The notes below the pieces were generated by a model, which worked only from the letters and a program-made list of their open reading frames with translations, searched no databases and was not told where the DNA came from. From the human T2T-CHM13v2.0 reference genome, Homo sapiens, in the NCBI RefSeq assembly GCF_009914755.1, contig NC_060931.1: DNA of 64,000 nt. One strand, written 5' to 3'. Shown here piece after piece: positions 26,461 to 39,998 of the stretch (positions are counted from its first letter, which is position 1; each line of letters starts with the position of its first letter). The translations under genes were made by a program, and so were the position numbers.

Positions 26461-28317
26461 TTTGTGTCCTTAAACCAGAGTGAGTCTACTGTAGGCAACA
26501 TATAATTGGGTCTTATATTTTAATCCACTTGGTCACTGTATGTCTTTCAACTGGATGATTTCATCAATTTACATTTAACATAAATATTGATAAGTAAGGA
26601 TGTACAATTATCATTTTGTTATTTTTTTCTGGTTGTTTTATAGATTCTTTGTTCCTTTATTTCTCTCTTGCTATCTTCCTTTGTGATTTGATAATCATCT
26701 GAAATGGTATGATTTAATGCCTTTGCATCTATCTTTTGAGTATCTCCCTTGGGTTTTGCTTTGTAGTTAGCATGATTCTTACATAAAATATCATATACTT
26801 ATAACAGACTAGTAACAACTGTAAATTCTTAAGTAGCAACTTAACTAAATTTAAATAGAAAACTCTGTATTTTCTCCCTCATATGCATGCATTGTGGGTT
26901 TTTTTATGTTATGATATGCAACTCTTTATATTATGTATCCCTAAAAATTACTGTAGCTATGTATTTTTAAATAGTTTTTGTCTTTTAAACTTTATGTTTA
27001 AATGATAGATGCACCACCATTACAGTATTAAAGTATTCTGAATTTTAATATATATATTCAATTTTACACCTTTTATATAAAGGTGAGTTTTACACCTTTA
27101 TGTCTTATCATGTTACTAATTAACCTCTTTTTATTTCAGCTTGAAAAACTCTCTGCAGCATTTCTTACAAGGCAGGTCCAGTAACAATGAGCTTCCTCAG
27201 CCCTGGTATTTCTGGGAAAGTTTTATCTCTCTCATTTCTGAAGGACAACTTTGCCAAATAATGTATTATTCATAGTTTCTTTATTCTTTCAACACTGTAA
27301 ATATATTATCCCACTCTCTCCTGGAATGCAAGGTTTCTGGTAAGAAGGCTACTGATAGTTTTATCATGGTTCCATTCTATATGGTGATTCTCTTTCTCTT
27401 GCTGCTTTCAAAATTATCAGTTTTTTCTTCAATTTATGACAGTTTGATTATGACATGTTACATTGAACTTTTCTTTTGATCAAACCAGTTTGGGAATGTT
27501 TGAGCTTTATGTTTCTGAATATTCATATCTCTCCCTAGGTTTGCGAAGTTTCAGCCATTATTTCTTTTTAAAAAAATCTTCCTGCTCCTTGCTCTCTCTT
27601 TTCTATTTCTTGCAAACCACAATGTAAAGTTTAGTTCTGTGATAGTCTCCCATAAATTCCATTGTTTCTTTATTCCTTTCATTGCTTTTTCCTTTTTATG
27701 CTTGACTGGATAATTTCGAATGACAAACTTTTGAGTTTAGAGATTATTTCCCCTTCTTAATAGAGTCTGCTGTGAAAGCTCTCTATTGCATTTTTCAGTT
27801 CAGTCATTATATTCTTCAACTACAAAATGTTTCTTTGTTGTTTTTTCTTATGTTATCTCTTAGTTGAACTTTTCATTCTGTCATTTCATTTTTTCTAATT
27901 TTGTTAAATTGTTTATCTGTATTCTTCTTGCTCATTGAGCTTCCTTATTAATGATTTTGAAGTATTTGTCAGGCAATTTGTGAATCTTCATAATATGGAT
28001 TTAATTATAGAAATTTTATTGTGTTTCTTGTTGCTGTTATATTTCCCTGATTCTTTGTGACTCTTGTAGCCTTGGATAACTATCTGTGCATTTGAAGAAG
28101 TAGTCACTTCTTCCAGGTTTTATAAAGTGGCTTTGGTAACGGAAGACCTTCAACTCAAGAGGTGTGGAGAATGGTAGGGTAGGTAGGCTGGAGTGTGCTG
28201 TGGATTTGGATGCCAAATGTGGGGGTATGCAGTGATTCCAGGATGGAATGGGAGTTGGCAGATTGTTGATTCAAGGAGGTGGGGTCCATAATGTCAACAA
28301 TCACATAACTTTAGCAA

Positions 28318-29650
28318 TGATATGGTTTGGCTGTGTCCCCACACAAATCTCAACTTGAATTCTATCTCCCAAAATTCCCACATGTTGTAGGAGGGACCCA
28401 GTGGGAGGTAATAGAATAATTAAAAGAGAAACAGCATAAAAGATCAGAAAATGTGCATTCTGATGATGCAGTAGAACAGAAAACCCAATTTTTTGAGAAG
28501 AAATTAAGGTGGCTGCAGAAATTTGCATAAGTAGCAAGGAACCTAATATTAATCCCCAAGACCATGGGGAAAATGTCTCCAGGCAAAGTCAGAGGGCTTC
28601 ATGGCAGCCCTTCCTATCATAAGCTGAGAGGCCCAGGAGGAAAAAGTGGTTTTGTGAGCCAGGCCCAGGGTCCCAGTGCTGTGTGCAGCCTAGGGACTTG
28701 GTGCCCTGTGTCCCAGCCACTCCAGCCATGGCTGAAAGGGGCCAACATAGAGCTCGGGCTGTGGCTTCAGAGAGTGGAATCCCCAAGCCTTGGCAGCTTC
28801 CATGCACTGTTCAGCCTGTGGGTGCACAGAAGTCAAGAATTGAGGTTTGGGAACCTCTGCCTAGATTTCAGAAGATGTGTGGAAATGACTGGATGCCTAG
28901 GCAAATGTTTGCTGCAGGGGTGAGGCCCTCATGGAGAACCTCTTCTAGGGCAGTGCAGAAGGGAAATGTGAGGTCAGAGCTCCCACACAGAGTTCCTACT
29001 GGGGCATTGCCTAGTGGAGTTGTGAGAAGAGGGTCGCCATCCTCCAAGCCCCAGAATTGTAGATCAACTGACAGCTTGCACCATGCTCCTGGAAAAGCCA
29101 CAGACACTCAGTGCCAGCCCATGAAAGCAGCCAGGAGGGAGGCTGTACCCTGCAAAGCCACAGGGGTGGAGCTGCCCAAAACCATGGGAACTCACCTCTT
29201 GCATCAACATGACCTGGATGTGAGACCTGGACTCAAAGGAGATCACTGTGGAGCTTTAAAATTTGACTACCCCACTGGATTTCAGACTTGCATGGGCCCT
29301 GTAAAGCCTTTGTTTTGGCCAATTTCTCCCATTTGGAATGGCTGTATTTACCCAATACCTGGACCCCCATTGGATCTAGGAAGTAACTAGCTTGCTTTTG
29401 ATTTTGCAGGCTCATAGGTGGAAGGGACTTGCCTTGTCTCAGATGAGACTTTGGACTGTGGACTTTGGGGTTAATGCTGAAATTAGTTAAGAATTTGGGG
29501 AACTGTTGGGAAAGCATCATTGATTTTGAAATGTGAGGACATGAGATTTGGAGGGGCCAGGGGCAGAATGATATGGTTTGGCTGTGTTCCCACCCAAATC
29601 TCAACTTGAATTGTATCTCCCAGAATTCCCATCTGTTATGAGAGGGACCC
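28318..29650 (+). mobile_element. THE1A MaLR: truncated 5' LTR, partial internal region, truncated 3' LTR
   Basis: LTR starts tgatatggtttggctgtgt with THE1A-type ctcaacttgaat at 28318 and 29569; polypurine tract gaggggccaggggcagaa precedes the second LTR. Confidence 0.92.
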
Positions 29651-30060
29651 TCATAGGGTCAGCTCCACATGCAAAAGCCACAGATAGCAAAAGATAGCAG
29701 CATGCATATGCACAAAAGAAGGGGCCAGCTTCAGATGCCCAGGTAGTTATGGGGACTGACAGTGGGGATGGTTTGAACTGTATGCTTACACATGGTTATG
29801 AGTTACTGAGTTTATACCTCAGGAATATATGAAGGATTGGGATCTGAGGGCAGTAATATTTCATTATTTTTTAAGAAAGTGACCAAATTGGCAGTTTAGA
29901 ATAATATCTATGACTACATGTGGAAAATTATTTGAAGAAAGGCAAGCATAGTTAAAGTTATATTTATTGCTTCATTCATTATTCAACTAATTTATCTAAT
30001 CTACTGTGTCCAATTTTCTGTTAAATCTATTCTTCATTTTATTAGTTTAATATACTATAG

Positions 30061-30692
<632 letters not shown>

Positions 30693-31555
30693 TAGATTCC
30701 AATTATCTATCAGTTATTTTCATCTTTTTATTTATTTGGGCAATGTTTTCTTATATTTTATTTAGGATTGTGATTTTTAAATTCTTGTATGTATACTGCT
30801 GTATAGAATTATTTTGTGTCTCTTTTTTTGTTTCATTTTCTTTGGACCATGAATTTTATTTTCTTGGCTCTTTGCAAACTTAGTATTTATTTTTGACACT
30901 AGATCGTGTGTAAATAAAGAACGACAGACTCCATATGATATTGGAGTAACCCCTTTCCTCTGGCAAACAAATTAAGTGGTGTCAGGTGTGGGTTGCAGTT
31001 TAGTAAGACCCAGTTTATCTCTTATTTATCTCTTTTCTCTGAGTGTATCTTTCCTAAGATTTTGTTTATATGTCTGGCACATATATGGCTTTGCAGAACT
31101 AAAAACGTTGGGTCAACCAGCACATTGGGTGATCCAGCTATTCTCTGCAATTTTTTTTCTACACAGATATCCAGCTTCCTACTCAATGTAGCCTGAAAAT
31201 CTGGCTAAGACTTTAACGGGAGAGCTGGCCATATGCTTTCAGTTCAACCCCTTCTCCCAAAAGGTTCTGATTTCTTTAGTACATCAAACTCTGAAAGATT
31301 TCCCTTTGCCTTTGGAGAATTTTTTTGTGTAACTCAGTGTCCTACAGAATCTCAGAACTCAGTGAATGTAACATGGGGAAATCAGTCATGCATTTGATGA
31401 CCCTCAATTTCCAATGTATTTCACTCTAATCTGTCTCTTCCACAAAGATGTTTTGAGATTTTTTTCCTTACCTCAAATTTGAATACCTCAGAGTCTTGAG
31501 TTTTCAGTACAAGAAGTAAAGACTTGTGACATAACAAGCCTGAGCACATGTGCAT

Positions 31556-31564
31556 ACACACACA

Positions 31565-31606
<42 letters not shown>
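31556..31606. repeat. (CA)n microsatellite, about 20 uninterrupted units
   Basis: Directly visible. Confidence 0.97.
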
Positions 31607-31608
<2 letters not shown>

Positions 31609-33198
31609 GTCAAACTTAAATCCTGGACACTTTCAACAAAAAGAACCATCTTAAGAAGACATACAAGGAAAATTTTTTTTTCTTAGTGTAATTTAGGGTG
31701 ACAAATCTTTTCGCTGAATCTGTGAATTAACACATTTATTATTGAAGTAACAGTGTTTCTAGTAAAGAAAACCCAAATAACAGAAATCATCTTTCTTACC
31801 TGAAGGATATGCTAGAAATTACGATATATGGTGGCATCATAATTAACCTAATTATTATCAATGGTAGTATAAGGGGAAGTATAGACAAAGCACAAAGTAT
31901 TAGGTGATCAAAGAGATTTGACAATTAGTTGCTTTAGTAAAAATGGTAATTACAAAGATGGTGGCATGTCGTAGAAACTCCTACAACCTTGGAAAACTTA
32001 CAAGGAGAAAAGAAAAATGAAAGTCTTGAATTCTCGACTAATATTTTAGGTGGGAAATAGTCTTTATTTTAATTGAAGGAGTTTCTATCTCCTTTTGCTT
32101 CAGGTCAGATAGAGCTAAGGATTAATGCAACAAAATAAAATACATTAAGCTATAAAAACAAATAAAAACAATGTCCCTGAATTGCTATAGAGTGATTTCC
32201 AGAATACATTTTTAATAAAAAAAATGAAGACATTGTCAGAGTTCTGTAATGAAAATCAAGGGAGGCAGGGCATTTTCTGTATAATGCCACAGAGAGGAAA
32301 TACAATAAATGCAAAGATGACCCATTGGATTTGACAATTAGGAAGCCATTTGGTAAATGTTAGAAAGAATTAAGAAGAAGAAAAGGAAAGATGTAAAATA
32401 AAAGAAGAGATTAAAATGTCCCTGAAAGTATTGCTTCACCATTTTGCCCAAGGCTTATGCCAGAAATAATGTCTGATAACCTTAATTAAAATTTTTCAAT
32501 TTTAATACAAGTTAAGGAGGGAACAGTGAAACAAAACAAAACAAAATAAAGAAAAAAAGCAAACAGGAAAATCCCAAATGATAGCTTAAATTAATCTTTT
32601 TACAACAGGATTTGTTTTAGCTTTCTTTGTTTCTCTATGCTCAAATGTGACTATTTTTCAGGAAACCATGTACAGGGCTAGATTAATTCTCTAAAGGCCT
32701 TACACTGGAAATCCTTTCAGGATTTTTTAGTCATTTTCTCACGCACTGTTGTGCTTTGCCTCTGAGCCCATTGTTTGAAATGTCTATTGCTCTTCAGGTC
32801 ACAGAGGAACAATTCTTTCAAAGTGGCCATGCTGGCTTAGCCTGTGGAGAGGAAAGTTGACACAAGAAGTTCAATTACTGTGAATTTAAAACAGAAAGGT
32901 TGTCTTTGTAAAGTCACAGTTATGTTCAACTAAAATGTATCCACATCTCAAAAATGATTTCTTTCCCATTTTAAATTTACAATCATTGCTATCCTGCTGT
33001 TTTCCCAAGGGCTAAGCCAGCGTTACTGAAGGTATGTGCTACTCTACTGTGACTGGAGTAGCCATGAACACTTCACATGTGCTCTCCATAGGTGGACCCA
33101 GATCTGCAGAGAAAAAAAGATCTTCAACTATGATCCCTGAAATAAAGGCTGCTGATGAATTTAGAAAGAAAATAGATGATGGATGATGATAAACAGGT

Positions 33199-33210
33199 AG
33201 ACAGACAGAC

Positions 33211-33254
<44 letters not shown>

Positions 33255-33292
33255 GATAGATAGATAGATAGATGATAGATAGATAGATAGAT

Positions 33293-33338
<46 letters not shown>
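33199..33338. repeat. Complex tetranucleotide STR [AGAC]3[AGAT]11 GAT[AGAT]4 GAT[AGAT]4 GAT[AGAT]10
   Basis: Counted directly from the sequence. Confidence 0.97.
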
Positions 33339-34074
33339 GGAGAGTAAATGGGAGAATACTATTTGAAGCCTTAAAAAGGGCAGAAAATACTGATGAATTT
33401 TGTCATGAAATCAGGAATATCTCTAGTAGTGGAGGCAAAAAATTTTAGAAAGACACAGATGAACCAGAACTGTCCCAGGTAAACCAGAGAATATACCCAA
33501 TCTATAGTTGGTGATGAATGCATATAAACTCAACTGGGAAAAATGCAAGAGGTTAATATTTCAAAAGTGATTCAGCATATCTGGGGTAAGGCTGGGAATT
33601 GGGTTGAAATCTACCTATAGCTACTGTCCACAGTTTCAGAGTGTGTCATTTAAGATTTTTTAGTCTCTTGCAGAAATTATTGATAGTTGTGGCAGATCAA
33701 GTTTCAAGATCTTATTTGAAAATAATAATTTTCAAATTATTCTAATTTTCACTTTATTTTGGGTCCTCCAGCAGTTTTGTGAATAAACATCTTAAATCGT
33801 GCCCCACTGTGGCCACAATCCCTACCTCTTTCAGTGGAATTGCTAAAACCATTAAAGCCTCAGCTCAAGGGAAGGATTCTTTTTGTTACTCAATTTATCA
33901 AAAAGGAAGTAGCTTCATTAGTGTTTTAGTAAAATGAAACTTCTTAAAATATGGCCAGATACTGTGTCCCTAGGGGCTACGGGAGGACTTATTATTAGGA
34001 TATATACCACTTAAGATGATATCTTTTTTGGAGAGTTAATATAAAGCTATAAGTAGCATATATTTCTAGTAAGT

Positions 34075-34202
34075 TCTTTGCTTTCTTTTCTTTTCCCTTT
34101 TCTTTTCTGTTTTTTTCCTTTCTTTTCTACCCATTCACTTTTCTTTCCTCTTCCTTTTCTTCATTTTGTTTTCCTTACTTTTTCATCCTTTTCTTTGCTT
34201 TT
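34075..34202. repeat. Low-complexity CT-rich tract
   Basis: Degenerate (CTTTT)n. Confidence 0.8.
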
Positions 34203-35016
34203 ATAACATTGACACAGAGCCCTGGTATTTCAGGGGCTTTTTTCTGCTGTTCATCTGCATATTTCAGGAAAACTCAGCTGAGCCCTCAAGAATTTTACCT
34301 GTATCTTAAGTTAGTCAGTTTAATTTTCTTACCATAGAAGCAAGCATTGGTTGCTAAGCCTAAAATTCTACTAGTTTTCCCTTTACATAAGTTCTGGCCA
34401 AGCTACTACTACATTTTATATTTAGGAGAAGTATATTATATTAAAACATCTGTATCTTATGGTATATACTTCATAGTGACAGATATAAAGAATTCTGGTC
34501 TACCAAAAAATACTCTGTTTTTTTAAAAAAAAAATCTTGTCTATATTAGCCTCTTTAATATGGGTAATTCCAGATGAAAGGTATTTTACTATAAAATTAT
34601 TCTTTAAAGGAGGCGTGGACTGAACCAATTATTTTTTATACCCTCCCCCAACACAAACACTTAATACACATCATTTTTGAAGTGCAATTTCTGGTATTCT
34701 TGCTCATATGACTTTAAAGTTCAGGGAATAACTGTTTCCTCCTACTTAATATTATTTTACTTTGAAGTTCCCCCAGCAGTCCTTTTCATATTTCTTGTTG
34801 ATTTCTCCTATTTTCTTTTAAAATTGCCTGAGTTTTCTTTCTATTTGTCTGTCTAAACCTGTAAGAAGTATTAATTACTTCTTCTTTCTATTGATTCCCT
34901 ACCTGTACAATTAAGAGGTTTGTTTCAGCAGTTTCCTAGATCCCATCTCCTGAGGAGTTACATCAGGATGAGCTCTGAAATACTTCCTCTTTCAACTGTG
35001 TGCTGACTTCTGCCAC

Positions 35017-35586
35017 TGTATATAAGTCAGGACCGCCATAGTAAATAGATGTCAGACTTTGTTAATAATAATTAACAAAGGGACTATTTTTTTGTGCCCC
35101 AGTTTGTGTGCACAAACCGCATCACAAGGGGCAATGTAATACCCAGGACTAGAAATAAGAGACTATTAATGCACTTGAACTTAAATGGAAGAAGAGAGGG
35201 AGTGATTACCAGAAACTGAAAAGATTGAGTGGTGCCTCTGATTCCCCAAGGCCCAAAGGAATGAAGGCAGGAGCCAGTTAAGTAAACCCAGCAGAGTTGT
35301 ATAGATGGGACCAACTCTAGAGGAGCTATGAGCTTCAGCAGAAGTATGTGGGCCACCTAAAGAGTGCAAGGAGAAAAAGCCAATGTACTAGACACTTCAT
35401 TTTCACTAATGGCTATCTCCTTCCTTCTGATCTCTTCCTTGAGCTCCTTATTGACTGAATCAAAACAGAAACAAAACTGGAGGACCTAGGAGTTCTTTCA
35501 TACAGCACATATGAGTTTTATGAGACAGAACAGGTTGGAGAAAAGTGGAGAGTGGTTCTGAGGGAGAAATGGAAAGTATCTGAAGT
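35017..35586 (-). mobile_element. LTR40-like ERVL LTR (3' LTR of the provirus)
   Basis: tgtatataagtcagg ... acaaagggactattt ... ggagaaaagtggagagtggttctgagggagaaatggaa resembles LTR40. Confidence 0.75.
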
Positions 35587-35589
35587 GAT

Positions 35590-37770
35590 CTATGTCTTTT
35601 ATTCTCCAGTACCCACTCTGCCACTTGTGTAGTGAAACGTTTATGTTTCAGTCACAGAAGATCCACAAATTACCACCAAGAGAAATAGCAAATTGCAGAG
35701 TAATAGCAAATGCATTGTACTCAAAACTTGAAGTCTACAGTATTAGTCACAGCAGGAATTCTTACTTTCTTTATTTAAAAAAAGTCCTATGGTTGGAGGT
35801 GATGTTATAAGAGATGCTATAGCTGTACATAAGTCATTCAGTAAGTGAGCAAACAGGAACACTGACAGAACCACTATGAAAAGGATGCAAATCCACACCT
35901 GGAACATACGTGTGTTCTGGTACCAATAAAGTGCTATGTGTCTGTGGGATCAAAGGATCAAACATAATGAACCTAGCGCTGGGGAGCCAGGTGATCTCCT
36001 CAGAGAATGGTGAAGCATTATGGACTCAGCATTAGCTTTTGCTATTGTCATATTGAACGCATGACAAACATAATAATCAGATCATTATTAAAGGACGTTC
36101 ATGTCATTGAGTCTATGCCTAACTCCTTTGCTGCTGCTCTAGCCACTTTATATATGAGCTTCCTGGGCAAATGCTGGAAGAATGGTCATTTCATCCAGCT
36201 GATTACTGGTAGCCTCTTCTATGATGGATATCCTCTTGTGGGTAATTATTTGGGACGTGAATATCTTCATACTTTGTGCCCATTTTGAATATTGTCATTT
36301 TCATGGTCTTTCCCAGCTCTGTGTCACCAATTTTCTATTTTTTTACGTGTTTCTACCAATTTTCGGGACCATGAGCCACTGTGAATCTATAACTCAAGCC
36401 ATCTCTTCTTTCACACTAAATAACCGACCAAATGTACCTTCAAAATTGTGCCACCTGGGAAACTTTTCATTCAACTTGGTAGTATAAGGTCAGTGCTTAG
36501 TGGAGTGGTAATGTGAAAGTCATCAACGTCAGCCTGGTCTAGCAGACCATGCAGGCTTACCCATTAACCATGTCACTGCATTTTTCTCCTATGCTCAGGG
36601 AGGAAATAACTCTAGATGTCTTGTGCTATGATTCTTCTTTGGGATTTTTCAGATGCTCCTAGAATATATCTCTCTGCCTTAATATCTTCAGTATTTTTGG
36701 ATCTTTGGCATATGATCCAAGCAGTAAGCTAGCTTGTACTCAGTCTGGACCTGTTGTAGAAATTTCTGCCCTAGGTCTCAATCATACTGGCATCCATAAG
36801 AGTTATCTAAAAAATGGGCAGAGAACAATGATCACATGTAGAATATGTTGCCACCAAAACCTTAGGGCTCTCACCACGCACTGTGCCTCCTTCTTTTGAT
36901 GGGCAGTATAAAGTGAAGCAAGTTTTCAGGTACTTTAATGGGAATATACTTACATGCTCCATACCACTTGATTCTTAGAAATTTTACCAATAAGGTAGGA
37001 TTTAAATTTTTAGGGCTTATTTACCACACTTTTGGAAACATATCTAACAGCAAAGCAGCAGGGATTCTTGCTACTTACTTCTTACTATATCACCTAGCAT
37101 AACATCATCAATATAATGGATAGGTAAGGTGTTATAAAAGATATTAAGATGATCAAAAGTCCTTCAGATAGTGGTATAACAGAGAGAAAGAGCAAAGAAG
37201 TAAACATATGCTATTTTCCTTGCTACATAAATGCAAAATGCTTCTGATTTTCCTTACTTACAAGAATATGACCAACAGTATTAAGCAGGCCTGTTGCCAC
37301 ACACCAGGTGTCAGCTTTATGAGGATTTTCCCCAATAAAATATTGTATCCAGGAGAGCACTGTAATTGGCATTACCACCTCATAAGTTTATGAAAATCTA
37401 CTATCAACTTCCCAGGTACATTGGACTTTTGCACAGGCCAAGCAGGTGATAAAATGGAGATGTGATGGGAGTCACCATCCATGCATCTTTCAGATCTTTG
37501 ATAGTGGCTTTGTATTCTACATTTGTCCTAGTGAAGTTGTATTGTTTTTAATTTACCATTTTTGATGGTTGACAGAACTTCCAGTGCTTTTACTTTCCCC
37601 TTCCTGCCATCATGATTCTGAATTCACAAGTCAGGAAAGCAATATGACATGTCTTTCAGTTAATATCTTTTTCTTATCTTCTGCCTTAAATTAGGAAATA
37701 AATCACAGGATGGCTACAAAATAATACTACATCCTCTTGAAGCCAGACTCTTTTTTACAGTGCAAGTTAT
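35590..37770 (-). pseudogene. Decayed ERVL pol region (RT, RNase H, partial integrase)
   Basis: Minus-strand translation gives TIKDLKDA, WPVQK, QKHFAF and HYIDDVML (YIDD at 37104-37115); integrase-like remnant at ~35800-36060; many stops. Confidence 0.85.
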
Positions 37771-37779
37771 GAAAGAAAC

Positions 37780-38387
37780 TGTGTTAAACCAGTCAAAGGT
37801 GCCCTCCAATGAGCCCAGCTATACTTGCCTTTCTTGGAATTGTGTAAACCCTTTCTTGGAAATGTGTAAAATCTGCAACTTGCTTGTAACCAATTAAGTA
37901 TGGCAAAGATAATGAAAGAAACATCTCCCTGATTATCTCACATTATGTGGCAAAGGAGAAAAAAATATGCAGATGTAATTAAGGTCTCTAATCTGTTAAC
38001 TTGGGATAACAAAAGAGAGATAATCCTGGTTGAGTCATTTACAAGAGGGCCTAGGCTTTTCTTAAAGTGAGAGACTTCAAGGAGCAGAGGCTTTCTAATG
38101 TTAGCTTTTAAGGAGTAAGCTGCTATGGATTCCATGGTCATGATAAAATGACATCTGCCAACAATGTGAGGGAGCTTGCAAGCAGATACTTCTCTAGTAG
38201 GACACCCATATAAGAATACAGCTCAGCCAAAAGCTTGATTTTAGCCTTATAAGGCTCCAGAGAACCTAGAACCCAACTAATTTATTCCCCAACTTCTAAC
38301 CTGTAGAAACTATGAGATGATGGAAGGATATTATTTTAAGCCACCATTTTAATGGTAGTTGGTTTCACAGCATAGAAAACTAATATA
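37780..38387 (+). mobile_element. MLT1E-like MaLR LTR nested in the ERVL
   Basis: tatggcaaag ... gcagatgtaattaaggtctctaatc ... ttttaagccac ... catagaaaactaatata. Confidence 0.8.
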
Positions 38388-38415
38388 AGAAATATTTTTT
38401 ACTATAATCCTAGAG

Positions 38416-38634
38416 CAAGATTACCTGACCACAGTACTTTGAGATTTTGGACCAGATAATTCTTAATTGTTAGGAATTGTCCTGTGCATTATAAAACATT
38501 TAGGAGCATCTCCAACCTCTATGCATTAAATGCCAGCAGCACCCGCTCTCCTAGTTGTGACAACCAAAAAATATCTCCAGAGATTTACAAATGTCTCCTG
38601 GAGGACAAAAGTCATCCCAGTTTCAGAACTATTG
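38416..38634 (-). mobile_element. MER20 hAT-Charlie element
   Basis: ttttggaccagataattctt ... gtcctgtgcatt ... agttgtgacaaccaaaaaatatctccag; about 219 bp. Confidence 0.88.
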
Positions 38635-39371
38635 GCATGGAGGCAACAAAAAGTGGCAGAGATTTGTCTATACCCATATCATCAAGCTCTTGTGAGGTTG
38701 GGAGGCAATCATCAGCAGTGTAATTATTAAATGCTTTTTATTTTGTTTATTTATTTTTTGGTAGATAGGGGGTTTCTTGCATCAGCAAATAAGCATTAGA
38801 GAAATTTAAAATTTCAACGTTATCCGTCTCATTCATATCTATCTGCACATCTCTATGCTTCAGGAACCTAATCCTTCCCCAACAATGCCTTTACTTCTGG
38901 ATTGCAGAAAAAGATATGAGGGATTGAACACTTTTTGGAGCTGAAACCATACAATTTTCATGAGAAATTGGGGGTTTGGTTCTTAGCCATGCCTGTGGTG
39001 TGGTATTGTGATTGCAGAAGATGAAAGACTCATTCAAACTGCAAATGAGGCATTCTGATTCTTTATATGTGTTCTTACATATATGTTTCTAGATTTTTAT
39101 TTCTCTTATTTTCTCTATATATGTTTTCTAGGGATGCTAAAGGAACCAAACAGATACCCAATCCTTCTAATGATGAGATGTCACAGCCATTCCCAATGCC
39201 GTATCTTCCCACCTGTGCTTCATCCCATGCCACCACCAGTAATAATTGGAATCATCATGGTAATGATTCCAGTCCCCTTCTAAATAAGGTCATTCTTGTA
39301 CTCCTCAAATATATGAGCAATATAGTCTCAAAATCCTATGTTAAGTGTATATTTCATTGACGCTGTTTCTT

Positions 39372-39590
39372 GAAGTCTGTCAGGTGTCCAAAAGGTATCT
39401 AAATTATATACTCAAATAAGAATAATTCAAAACATGGATTAACATGGAAACTATTTACAAAGATATGTATAGGACAGAGGGAAAACAGAAAAGGTACAGA
39501 AACCCAGGCTAGTGAAAGTGCAAATTTAATAATCCTAGGTCCAAGTGGATGAGAAGGGAAAGTGAAAACTGAAAACTGGAAGGAGAGTAC
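39372..39590 (-). mobile_element. LTR40-like LTR, first part (5' LTR of the provirus)
   Basis: actatttacaaag ... aacccaggctagt ... cctaggtccaagtggatgagaaggga ... ggaaggagag, homologous to 35017-35230. Confidence 0.65.
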
Positions 39591-39619
39591 TGTTGTTGTC
39601 GTTTCTTTCTTTTCTTTTC

Positions 39620-39998
39620 TTTTTTCTCTACTTTTTCTTAATGACGTTGACTTTAAGATATTAAGTGATTTTGTACAATGTTTCTAAACATTGTTTTTTT
39701 CTGGTCTTTTCTCATAAGTAGATTGAGATTACGCATTCTTGGTAAGAATCCAAAAAAAAGTGATGTTTCATTCTTCTCAGTGCATAGTATCAGGGAATAT
39801 ATGATGCCCATAAGTCTAATTTACTTGTTTTTAAGTCTAATTTACCTGTTTTAAATTTGCTGTTTATCTGTAAAATTAACCATTTTATTTTTATAATTAA
39901 TTGTTATCATTTGGGAAATGCTTTAAAACTATGCAAATATCTTATTTCTCATTATAGTTTTACTTGTTAATTTTAACATTCATCCATTGATGATTATT
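39620..39998 (-). mobile_element. L1MC-type 3' fragment (continues 42054-42305)
   Basis: tagattgagattacgcattcttggtaagaat ... ttctcagtgcatagtatcagg ... actatgcaaatatc. Confidence 0.65.

Noticed and set aside
30700-31550. Possible ancient L1M 5'-region remnant
   Set aside because: Too diverged to support by eye.
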